The notes under the pieces were generated by a model. That model had not been told where the DNA came from. It saw nothing but the letters and a program-made list of their open reading frames with translations, and searched no databases. Shown one piece after another: positions 20,020-28,812 of a DNA stretch of 32,000 nucleotides. The stretch comes from an uncultured Methanobrevibacter sp. GTDB taxonomy: Archaea > Methanobacteriota > Methanobacteria > Methanobacteriales > Methanobacteriaceae. The translations under genes and the position numbers were made by a program. Each line of letters begins with the position of its first letter. The stretch's first letter is position 1. Location: assembly GCF_905235195.1 (NCBI RefSeq), contig NZ_CAJOKH010000025.1, positions 2,852 through 34,851 on the forward strand, read 5' to 3'.

Positions 20020-20174
20020 ATTTATCACCTAGGCAAATATATTATTAAAATCAAGAGTCCATTCCAATATTGAAAATTTAAAAAAAATAAATTATCATAT
20101 TTTAAATAAATCATTATCAGATGTATTTAATTTTATAATTCTTTTAAAAGAGATGTAAAAAAAATATTATAAAA

Positions 20175-20768
20175 CTATAAACTTAAAAGTATTTTAGCTG
20201 CATTATTTAATTTTAATGAATCTTTTTCAATAAAACCTACTTCTCTTAAATCTCTAATATGATTGTAAACCATACTATGACTACGATTTACAGATTTTGA
20301 TATATCTTCAATAGTATTTTTTCCATCTTCTATATTTCTTAATATAACTTTTTTAGCATCAGATAGCTTAAAATCAAACAATGGTAAATATATTATTTTA
20401 TGAAGATTAGTATCATACATTATTACAGATTTAATAATATCTTTATTATAACATGTAGCATAGTATAATGCATTATTTAACATAAAATTTTCAATATTTA
20501 ATTTTACTACTATATTAGAAGATTTTTCAGCCTCTTTTATTATAAATTCTGAAATTTCTTTACATGAGACCTTTAAATCTAAATTTTCTACATTTAAATT
20601 AAGTATATTTATATCTATATTTTCAAAAATCGGGTCAGTTTCTAAATTTAGCAAATTAATCTCTTTATTAGAAACGAGGATTAATTTTTTAATATTATAC
20701 TCTTCTGTAATGTTTGAAATATCATCTAATTTTGTTTGAGTAGAAACAATGGTAATTTCATTTAACAT
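20175..20768 (-). CDS. Paralogous putative regulator: Rossmann-like (possibly Csa3/CARF-like) N-domain + C-terminal wHTH
   Basis: A 197-aa ORF with the same architecture as 19405-20019. Shared stretches include LPLFDFKLS/LPIFDYNIS, K.IL..I..G....DIS......SMVYNHI.DLR..G(F/Y)I, and an internal (V/I)V(K/H)L(N/I)IEN / LIENN segment. Confidence 0.55.
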   Translation of the reverse strand: MLNEITIVSTQTKLDDISNITEEYNIKKLILVSNKEINLLNLETDPIFENIDINILNLNVENLDLKVSCKEISEFIIKEAEKSSNIVVKLNIENFMLNNALYYATCYNKDIIKSVIMYDTNLHKIIYLPLFDFKLSDAKKVILRNIEDGKNTIEDISKSVNRSHSMVYNHIRDLREVGFIEKDSLKLNNAAKILLSL

Positions 20769-20914
20769 TATTAATAAATAATATTTATTAATATATAATA
20801 ATTTCGTTTTTTTCCTTTATTTAACAAAAAATTAATTAAAAATTATGATTTTCCATAAAAAATATTGAAAAATAATATTTCAAGTTTGAATTAATCAAAT
20901 ATTAAATTGTAGGA

Positions 20915-21285
20915 TTGAATACCTCAAAATAAGCTATTGTTAATTTATATATTAATAAATAAATTAGATATAACTATAGTTAATTTAAAGGCCTGTAATT
21001 TTATATATTTTCAATCAATCAAAAAATATACCGCTTTATTGTAGTAATAAATTAAAATTTATTTTAAATCAATACAAAAATATAATAGCTTATTGCAACT
21101 ATATTAAAATTTATTATAAAATCAATCCAAAAAATATACCTCTTTATTGAGTAATAAATTAAAATTTATTTTAAATCAATCTAATAAATATATGGCCTAT
21201 TGCAACTATATTTAAATTTATTTTTAATCAAACTATAAAAAAAACTTCTTTATTAAGTATTATTTTAAAAATATTATATATTTTT
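20915..21285. repeat. Intergenic tandem repeat array, ~52-54 bp period, two alternating unit flavours (higher-order ~107 bp unit)
   Basis: U1 (21015-21068): tcaatcaaaaaatataccgctttattgtagtaataaattaaaatttattttaaa. U2 (21069-21121): tcaatacaaaaatataatagcttattgcaactatattaaaatttattataaaa. U3 (21122-21175) is nearly identical to U1. U4 (21176-21227, ...tatggcctattgcaactatatttaaattt...) is closest to U2. Degenerate units flank the array on both sides. Confidence 0.8.
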
Positions 21286-21310
21286 AATTTATTGAATATT
21301 AATAAAATAG

Positions 21311-22009
21311 CTATAAATTAAAAAAGTAATTGTTTAAATCTATATTTTTTATTACAAACTGTAAATCTGTGTAATGATTAATATTTACAAGTTCAAGTTC
21401 GAATTGTTCTTTGACTGCATAGAATTTTACTTTATCCTCAAAGATTTTTCTAAGTATAGGATTTAAATTAGAATTTCTATCCTTTAAATAAGGTATGATT
21501 AAATTTTTTGAAGTGACAAAAGGCATACCAAGGCCTAAAGGACTAGTTAAATGACCAATTTTTCTTCTTCTTAAAAATGAAATTGTTTTATCCGGATTAT
21601 TACAATTAAAAAAAGCTATAATCATATTTTTATATGTAGTACTGGATATGGTAGGTTGATCTGCAGAAACACATAATACAAATTTATTATTCAAATTTTT
21701 TAAACCATTATGTAATGATGTAGATAATCCTACATCAGGAGGATTATTTTCAACAATTTTAATCTTATTTAAATAATACTCATCAAGTGAGTCCATAATT
21801 TCATCTTTATAATGGCCAAGTACTAAAAAACATTCATCAATACCTGAGTTTAATACATTATCTAATGTAAATTCTAAGATTGTTTTACTATTATCCTTAC
21901 TTTCTATTAATGGAAGTGTTAATTTATTTCGTATAGGCAAATTAGATTTTTTCAAATCATCTCGCATTCTAGAACTTAATCCTGCTCCTGTAACAACTGC
22001 ACTAAACAT
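21311..22009 (-). CDS. MobA-like/NTP_transf_3-type nucleotidyltransferase family protein
   Basis: A 232-aa ORF. The N-terminal AVVTGAGLSSRM...K..LPL motif is the nucleotide-binding signature of MobA/MocA/GlmU-N type transferases. The internal VSADQP is also consistent with that family. Confidence 0.5.
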   Translation of the reverse strand: MFSAVVTGAGLSSRMRDDLKKSNLPIRNKLTLPLIESKDNSKTILEFTLDNVLNSGIDECFLVLGHYKDEIMDSLDEYYLNKIKIVENNPPDVGLSTSLHNGLKNLNNKFVLCVSADQPTISSTTYKNMIIAFFNCNNPDKTISFLRRRKIGHLTSPLGLGMPFVTSKNLIIPYLKDRNSNLNPILRKIFEDKVKFYAVKEQFELELVNINHYTDLQFVIKNIDLNNYFFNL

Positions 22010-22205
22010 TATTACACCAAAATAATTTTGTTAAAATATTATATTAAATTTAAGGATTTAACTCAATTGATTATATTATACAATTATAATTCAATTTATA
22101 AAAATTTTTCTTTAATTTTTTTTTAAAATTTATCATTAAATAAAAATATAAAATTTTATTAATTTTTTAATTATACCAAATTTTTAAAGATTTATTTAAA
22201 TCTAT

Positions 22206-23807
22206 TTAATAATATGAACTTTTATTAATGATATTTTCAAATAATATCTTGTTTAAAGCATTTTTAGAATATTTAACTCCTGCCTCACCTAAAACAAGAA
22301 TAATATCATTTAAATCACATAAATTTAATGCTAGTTTTAAACCTTCTTCAACTTGACGTGGGGAAGAACCGATTGTACCTGTTTTATTAAATTTAGAATT
22401 ATTTTTAATCTGGGCAACTTCAGTATCAATATATTTTGACATTTCTACTGATGATGTGGATACAGGTATTACTATATCTGCATCTGAAAGTAATTTTGCA
22501 ATGGTCATATCACCTTCACGACCACTTTCAGATGAGATTGTATTTAATACAATGATTTTATTATGATCTGTTTTAAGATTTAAAACTGTTTTAATAATTG
22601 TTTCTACTCCTGCAGGATTATGTGCAAAATCAATGATGATTGTAGGATCTTTATTAATATATTCTAATCTACCTGGTACTCCCTTAAATGATTCTATCCC
22701 ACTTATTATATCATCAATATCTAAACCTGATTTCCATGCTGCACATGCCGCTGCAAGTGAATTATAAACATTATGAATACCGCCTTTAGGTAATCTAACA
22801 GTACGAGTCTGTTTATCTTCAAAGTGAATTGTATATGTAGTTTTTGTAATCTTATGTTCTTTTGTTATTTGTATATTATCTGCATAAACAGTTAAAGGAG
22901 GATTTTTAAATCCACATTTACATTTAAACTCTCCTAAACTCCTAAGATAATTAACATTATATTCTAGCTTACTACCACATTTAGGACATTTCATATCATA
23001 ATCAGAATCCCTAAAAAGTGGATTATCTTTATCTTTTATTCCGAAATAATAAATTTCTTTACCTTCACAATCAACAATATTTAATAATGTAGGGTCATCT
23101 CCATCTAAAACAAGTTTTTCTGCAACTTCTATCATTTCTTTTTTACAATTTATATAATCTTCAAAAGTACCATTATTTAAGTGATCATGAGTAATATTTG
23201 TAATAATACCCATATTTACATGAGAATTAGATGCAGAACGTTTAATTTCACCTGAAATACCAAAAGTACCTATCTCTAAAATTCCAACATCTCCACTAAG
23301 ACGTGACTGTAATGCTGGAATATATTCACTATTTCCCTGAATACGTAAACCATGACTTGGAATTTTATAACCATTTGCTAAAAATATATGTTTAAGAGCA
23401 TGGGTTGTAGTACTTTTACCATTAGTACCTGTTACAGCAATAACTGGTTTATTTGGAGTAAAAAATTTTAAAATCTCATCAATAGAATAAATAGGTAGGT
23501 TTTCCTTATTAAAATTATTAACTTTTCCCATAAAAATTTGATTATTAAGTAAGCTAGGAGCAATAAAAATGGCAGATTGATTATTAAATGAATCTTTATC
23601 TAATTGCTCTGCTAATCTTAAATTAATACCTTCATTTTTAAAAATAGGAACTAAATAAGAGTCTGGAGTAGAATCGATAATTGTAACATCAATATCATGG
23701 GATGCTAAAATACGTGCAATTAAACTACCTACAGTTCCACAACCACCTAAAACTACGACTCCACGAGATAAACCAGAAACAAAATCTTCTTTTTCCATGT
23801 CCCACAA
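22206..23807 (-). CDS. Mur-ligase-family protein (pseudomurein peptide ligase candidate) with N-terminal Rossmann domain and a Cys4 zinc-ribbon insertion
   Basis: A 533-aa ORF with GGCGTVGSLIARIL (N-terminal dinucleotide-fold-like), AVTGTNGKSTTT (Mur ligase P-loop), ITNITHDHL and DFAHNPAG. There is an inserted CPKCGSKLEY...CKCG ribbon between the central motifs. Confidence 0.8.
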   Translation of the reverse strand: MWDMEKEDFVSGLSRGVVVLGGCGTVGSLIARILASHDIDVTIIDSTPDSYLVPIFKNEGINLRLAEQLDKDSFNNQSAIFIAPSLLNNQIFMGKVNNFNKENLPIYSIDEILKFFTPNKPVIAVTGTNGKSTTTHALKHIFLANGYKIPSHGLRIQGNSEYIPALQSRLSGDVGILEIGTFGISGEIKRSASNSHVNMGIITNITHDHLNNGTFEDYINCKKEMIEVAEKLVLDGDDPTLLNIVDCEGKEIYYFGIKDKDNPLFRDSDYDMKCPKCGSKLEYNVNYLRSLGEFKCKCGFKNPPLTVYADNIQITKEHKITKTTYTIHFEDKQTRTVRLPKGGIHNVYNSLAAACAAWKSGLDIDDIISGIESFKGVPGRLEYINKDPTIIIDFAHNPAGVETIIKTVLNLKTDHNKIIVLNTISSESGREGDMTIAKLLSDADIVIPVSTSSVEMSKYIDTEVAQIKNNSKFNKTGTIGSSPRQVEEGLKLALNLCDLNDIILVLGEAGVKYSKNALNKILFENIINKSSYY

Positions 23808-23929
23808 TCCTAATTAATAATTAAATAAATATTATATTTTTAATTTAATAAAATTATATATCTTTTTTAAAAATATCATTTAAAAACATATCGATTTTTT
23901 AAAATTTCATTATAAAAATAAAAATAGTT

Positions 23930-25219
23930 TTAATCATTGCAAGCTTCACATAATTTTTCAAGTCGCTTTTGAATAGAAATAATAACCTCTTGACCATTAC
24001 CTCCAATAAATAATGCATCTTCGTGAGCATATTCAGCAACAAAACTAATTAAATCATCTAAATTATTTGCAATATTCACTTCTCCCTCATAGTTTAAAAG
24101 GTCAAGTCGATGCATTGCCATATCTACAGTATTTGCAAGTCCTGGAAATAGTACAATAACCTGAGGATTATGTTCTACAACTTCATCTAAAATATTTAGA
24201 CGATGATTTTCACTTGAACGAGGAGTTCCAATAAAAGCTGCATAAAAATCTATCTCATCAAAGATAGATTTAACTGCATCAGAATTGTCTGTTTTTCCAA
24301 CATAAATACTAGAATCATATAATCTGTAAACTTTAAGTCTACCCTCTACAACTTCAAAATTCTCTAAGGTTTCTTTTGAAATATCATCAGATATTCCTAT
24401 CTGTCTTGCAACTTCAATAGCAAGACCTGCATTTAAACGATTAAATTTACCTACAACTTTCAAATCATAAGTAGATTCACTAAATTTAATAAGATTATTT
24501 GCAGAGCTAGAGAAATCTTCACTATATATTTGATCTTCTGAAATAATGACATTTTTATTATTAAATAATTTAATAAGCTCATCTCGATAGTTTTCCATAC
24601 TACCATGAACATCCATATGGTCATTACCCATATTAGTCAATGCAACTAAATCAAAATTAAAACAGTAATCACAGAAACTTAAGGTCATATCACATACCTC
24701 AACAAGAAGTACATCATAATCACCAGATTCTGCCTCAAGAATAATATCATAATATCCTTCAAAACCGCCTCCTGCATTACCTCCAACTAATACCTTTTTT
24801 CCAAACTTTTCTAAAATAGATTTAATCATATAAACTGAAGTAGTTTTACCATTAGTTCCTGTTACACCAATAGTATAGATTTTTCTATGTTTATTTATAA
24901 TATCCTGAAGTAATTTACCAGATAACTTAAATTCATTTGCAAACTTACTATTCCACATACTAGGACTTAAAACAATTGCATCACAATCATTAATCTGATT
25001 AATATCATTAGAACCTAAATCCACATAAAGATTATCTGAAACAATAGAAATTTGTTGAGTATTATCAGTTTTTACATTTATATCAGTAATAGGCATACCA
25101 ATATCCTTTAGGTTAATATCAGTCTGTAAATCTGATGCATAAACTGACCATCCATGATTAAGTAATGATTTTGAAGCTTTTCTACCTTCAACTCCAAGTC
25201 CTATAACAGCAGCCCTCAT
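23930..25219 (-). CDS. Mur-ligase-family protein, MurD-like architecture (pseudomurein peptide ligase candidate)
   Basis: A 429-aa ORF with an N-terminal IGLGVEGRK Rossmann-like start as in MurD, a GVTGTNGKTTS P-loop and LTNMGNDHMD. From sequence alone I cannot exclude that one of the two ligase homologues is the F430 synthetase CfbE, which is also a Mur-ligase homologue. Confidence 0.75.
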   Translation of the reverse strand: MRAAVIGLGVEGRKASKSLLNHGWSVYASDLQTDINLKDIGMPITDINVKTDNTQQISIVSDNLYVDLGSNDINQINDCDAIVLSPSMWNSKFANEFKLSGKLLQDIINKHRKIYTIGVTGTNGKTTSVYMIKSILEKFGKKVLVGGNAGGGFEGYYDIILEAESGDYDVLLVEVCDMTLSFCDYCFNFDLVALTNMGNDHMDVHGSMENYRDELIKLFNNKNVIISEDQIYSEDFSSSANNLIKFSESTYDLKVVGKFNRLNAGLAIEVARQIGISDDISKETLENFEVVEGRLKVYRLYDSSIYVGKTDNSDAVKSIFDEIDFYAAFIGTPRSSENHRLNILDEVVEHNPQVIVLFPGLANTVDMAMHRLDLLNYEGEVNIANNLDDLISFVAEYAHEDALFIGGNGQEVIISIQKRLEKLCEACND

Positions 25220-25493
25220 TTAAATTAACTCGTAATATTTTAAATAATAATTCCAATAAACAATATTAAACCTAATTCAATAATTAAAACTAATTAAATT
25301 AGAATTTAATAATCATAATATTTTATATAATAAAAGAATTTTTATTATAAAATAATAAATTACTAATTTAATATAATTTTATATTCGTGTATTTATATAA
25401 TTTTATATATGAATTTAATATAATTTTTCAAATTTTATCTTTAAAAAAAAATTTATAAAATATTAAAAAAAAAATTATTAATAGGTTGATTGG

Positions 25494-25910
25494 ATGTTTG
25501 AAGAAGAAAAAGATGAAAAAATATATAATCTCTTAATTTCAAGAGGTGAAAGTGATGCTAATGATCATAAGCAATTTTATGAAAAATTATATTCTAAAAC
25601 TGATTTTCTATGGAAAGAATCAGTAGCTGCATCTTACAGCCATATGCCAGAAAGTTTTTTTAAAAAAATAGATACTATTATCATACTTAGTGGTGTTTAC
25701 AAACAAAATAAAGAAGAAATAGATGATATTATAAATGCTTCCAAACATTATGATATACCAATAGTACTTGTAAGGCCTTATGGTGTAGAAGAAGTTCCTG
25801 AAAATTTAGAAGATGTTGCAACTACAATTATTGGATGGAATGCCAATTGTATTGTAGATGAGATAAAAAATGTTGTAAATGGAGAATATGATGAACTAGA
25901 TGATTTCTAA
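25494..25910 (+). CDS. Small TIR-like domain protein (MTH538/DUF1863-like), acidic termini
   Basis: A 138-aa ORF with the beta-alpha pattern of the MTH538 TIR-like family (Pfam DUF1863). It reads strand IYNLLISRGESDAND, then TIIILSGVY..NKEEIDDII..A, then PIVLVRPYG...VP, then IIGWNANCI. The assignment is by pattern memory, not a search. Confidence 0.45.
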   Translation: MFEEEKDEKIYNLLISRGESDANDHKQFYEKLYSKTDFLWKESVAASYSHMPESFFKKIDTIIILSGVYKQNKEEIDDIINASKHYDIPIVLVRPYGVEEVPENLEDVATTIIGWNANCIVDEIKNVVNGEYDELDDF

Positions 25911-26028
25911 TTATCATTTCTTTATTTTTATTAATAATTTTTATTTTATTTTATCTCAATAATTCAAATAAATATATAAAGCTATATAATAATTGGATAG
26001 TAAATAAAAAAATAAAATATTTAATAAA

Positions 26029-28812
26029 TTAATTTATATCATCAGTACTAATTTCAGAATTTCCCTGTTTTTTAACTACTTTAATTATATTGTCAGCTGC
26101 ATTTTCTAATTCTTCATCATGTGTAACAATTATCATTTGAGGAAGTGTAGACATTTTTCTAAGTAAGTCTATAAGTTCTCCTCTTCTATAACTATCAAGA
26201 TGAATTGTAGGTTCATCTAAAAGAATTGTTTCCATTGCACCATTACTCATGGCCTTAGTAATACCAAGTCTAAGTGCAAGTGCAATAGCTATTTTTTCAC
26301 CCCCACTTACCATATTTAAGCTTGATTCTCCTTCCGGACCATATAATGTTACATTAAACTCATCATCTAAAATAAGACTTGAATAATCAAAATTAAATTC
26401 TTCAAAGAAATCCTTAGTATACTTTTGAATAGTAGGTCGTGATAGTTTTCTTAAATCTTCTTGAAGGCCATCTTTTGAAAAGAGTTCTCTTATATTTTCT
26501 AAGAATTGTATATAATCTTTTACATTTTTATAGTCTTCTTCAAGAGTATTATATTCATCCTCTAATTTTTGAAGAGATTCTATTGATTCTTCAATAGTTT
26601 TTGATTCACCTTCTAATCTAGATTTATCATTGTTAATTTTTAATCTATTATCTTCTATACTTGCAAGTTGCAATACAAGGGCATTATATTTTTCATCATC
26701 ATATTTAATCGATTTAATTGCTTCTTTATATTTTAAAAGATTTTTTTCATTTTCGCTGAGAGTTTTTTTCTTATTTTCTAATTTTGATTCAACTGATTCT
26801 TTAACTTGAATTGTTCCCTTAAGTTCACGATAATTTGCAACTTTATCTTCCAAATCTTGAATTTTACTGTTTATATCTTCAAGTTCCATGTCTGAATTTA
26901 AACCACTGTCTTTACTCATAGCAAGTTTAATAATATTTACTTCATGGTCTTGATCATCATTTAAAAGCTTGATTTTATTTTCAATTTGGTTTAATGGAGG
27001 AAGAAGTTCTATTGCTCCTTTTGCCTTAATATATTTATTGTAGCCTTCCTTAGATAAATTACGTCTATCTGTTTCTATTTGAATATTTTCATTTATTTTA
27101 TCTAAATCTACATTATTAACTTTATTAGAATTACTTTCCTTTTCAAGTGTTTCTAATTTCTTTTTTAACTCAACAATTCTTTCTATTAAATAAGAATTAG
27201 AGGATATATTTTTCTCAATTAAGGAAAGATTATTTATTTTTTCTTTAATTTCACTTTTTTCAGATTCAAGTTTTTCAATATCCTCTTTATTTTTCTTAAT
27301 ATTATTTGTAGAATTGATTATAGCATTTTTATAGGAATTTTTTAAATCAATTTTTTTCATATTAGAAATAGTTGATTGACATATCGGACATTTATCACCT
27401 ACAGACTCTAGTTCTTCTAAAATATTTTCACTTTGAGATATAATCTGATGATACTGTGAGTCTTTTGAGCTTTTCTTTGAAATTAACTCATCTATACCTA
27501 TAATTTTTTCTTCTAATTCTTCAATTCTTTTTATAATCAATTCACTGATTTGACCTAAATCCTCATTATCATTTTTTAAACTAATATTATTTTCTTTTAA
27601 ACTGTTAAATAATTCAGATTGAAATTTATTGAATTTTTCATTTTCTTTTTTATATTCTTCTTCTACTATCTCTAGATCTTTTGTAATCTTTTCATAAACT
27701 TTAATTTCACTATTCATTTTAGATTTTTCTTCTTTTAAATCATTAATAATAGTTTCAAGACGGTTATAATCATTATAAATTTGTTCGTTTTCTTTTAAAA
27801 TATTATTTTGATAAATAAAACTTTCTTTTTGTTTATTTAACTCTTCTTTCTTTTGGGTAATATCCATGATTTTCAAATAGGCTTGCCTAAATTCTTTATA
27901 GATAGGTAATCTATCTAAATATTTACCAAGTCTTAATACTTCAGATTCATTTTTTCTAATATCATCAAGTTGTGTTTGAAGTTCTGATTTTTCTTGTTTT
28001 AAACGTTCAATATCGTTTAAACTTGTTTCAATCATATTTTTATAATTAATATACTCATCTTTATTAGCTTCTAAACTTAATTTTTTAGTATTTATATCTT
28101 TATAAAGTATCTCTATTTGATTTAACTCTTCTTGAATTTTTATAAGTTCAGTAGATAAATTATCATATTTTGATTGTTTATCTTTAAGTTCTTTAGTATT
28201 TTCATCTTTTCTAGATAATTTACCCCTATATTCAGATTCTAATTTTTCATAATCTGAGATAAATTTTTTAATATTAGTCCATGATTTTTCAAGAGAATCT
28301 ATACCTAAAAGTTTTCCTATAAGTTTTTTCTTCTCAGAAGGAGTTTTACTAATAAGTTCTGCAATTTCTCCTTGACGAACATAAATAGCATTTAAAAACA
28401 AGTCTGCATCCATCTGTAAAATATTTTCAATTTCATTATTTACACTTCTATCTCCTTCACATATCATAGTATTAACATAATTAGACTTGTCATGATTTAA
28501 TTGTTTATAATATAATTTTGCATGTGATATAGATTTTTCCTTAGATCTTGTAACCTTATAGTGATTACCATTAGATATGAACTCTAATGTAACTTCCATA
28601 TTATTAAGAATTGTTTTATCATTAGATGTTCTAATTAAATCTGATATTTTATTAGAAGAATGTTGTTTAAATAATGCAAAACTAATAGCCTCTAAAATAG
28701 TAGACTTACCTGCACCATTTTCACCGATTATAAGAGTAATACCTGGATTAAATTGAATTTTAGTATTTAAATAACTTTTAAAATTTTTGAGTTCCAACTT
28801 TTCAATAATCAT
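26029..28812 (-). CDS. rad50: DNA double-strand break repair ATPase Rad50
   Basis: A 927-aa ORF with Walker A GENGAGKST at the N-terminus, a very long coiled coil, a central zinc hook CPICQ, the C-terminal signature SGGEKIAIALALRL and Walker B ILLDEPT. The ATG directly follows the mre11 TAG stop, and a GGTGAT SD lies within the mre11 3' end. Confidence 0.95.
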   Translation of the reverse strand: MIIEKLELKNFKSYLNTKIQFNPGITLIIGENGAGKSTILEAISFALFKQHSSNKISDLIRTSNDKTILNNMEVTLEFISNGNHYKVTRSKEKSISHAKLYYKQLNHDKSNYVNTMICEGDRSVNNEIENILQMDADLFLNAIYVRQGEIAELISKTPSEKKKLIGKLLGIDSLEKSWTNIKKFISDYEKLESEYRGKLSRKDENTKELKDKQSKYDNLSTELIKIQEELNQIEILYKDINTKKLSLEANKDEYINYKNMIETSLNDIERLKQEKSELQTQLDDIRKNESEVLRLGKYLDRLPIYKEFRQAYLKIMDITQKKEELNKQKESFIYQNNILKENEQIYNDYNRLETIINDLKEEKSKMNSEIKVYEKITKDLEIVEEEYKKENEKFNKFQSELFNSLKENNISLKNDNEDLGQISELIIKRIEELEEKIIGIDELISKKSSKDSQYHQIISQSENILEELESVGDKCPICQSTISNMKKIDLKNSYKNAIINSTNNIKKNKEDIEKLESEKSEIKEKINNLSLIEKNISSNSYLIERIVELKKKLETLEKESNSNKVNNVDLDKINENIQIETDRRNLSKEGYNKYIKAKGAIELLPPLNQIENKIKLLNDDQDHEVNIIKLAMSKDSGLNSDMELEDINSKIQDLEDKVANYRELKGTIQVKESVESKLENKKKTLSENEKNLLKYKEAIKSIKYDDEKYNALVLQLASIEDNRLKINNDKSRLEGESKTIEESIESLQKLEDEYNTLEEDYKNVKDYIQFLENIRELFSKDGLQEDLRKLSRPTIQKYTKDFFEEFNFDYSSLILDDEFNVTLYGPEGESSLNMVSGGEKIAIALALRLGITKAMSNGAMETILLDEPTIHLDSYRRGELIDLLRKMSTLPQMIIVTHDEELENAADNIIKVVKKQGNSEISTDDIN

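Noticed and set aside
20915-21285. Possible degenerate CRISPR array next to Csa3-like regulators
   Set aside because: The whole ~53-bp units are similar to each other (A/B alternation). The array is not made of conserved repeats separated by unique spacers. There is no palindromic repeat core and there are no cas genes in the window.
20915-21285. Possible replication origin (ORB-like repeats in AT-rich DNA)
   Set aside because: No orc1/cdc6 gene is adjacent, and the units do not resemble the ORB/mini-ORB elements I know from Methanothermobacter. This cannot be excluded without a genome-wide skew or marker-frequency analysis.
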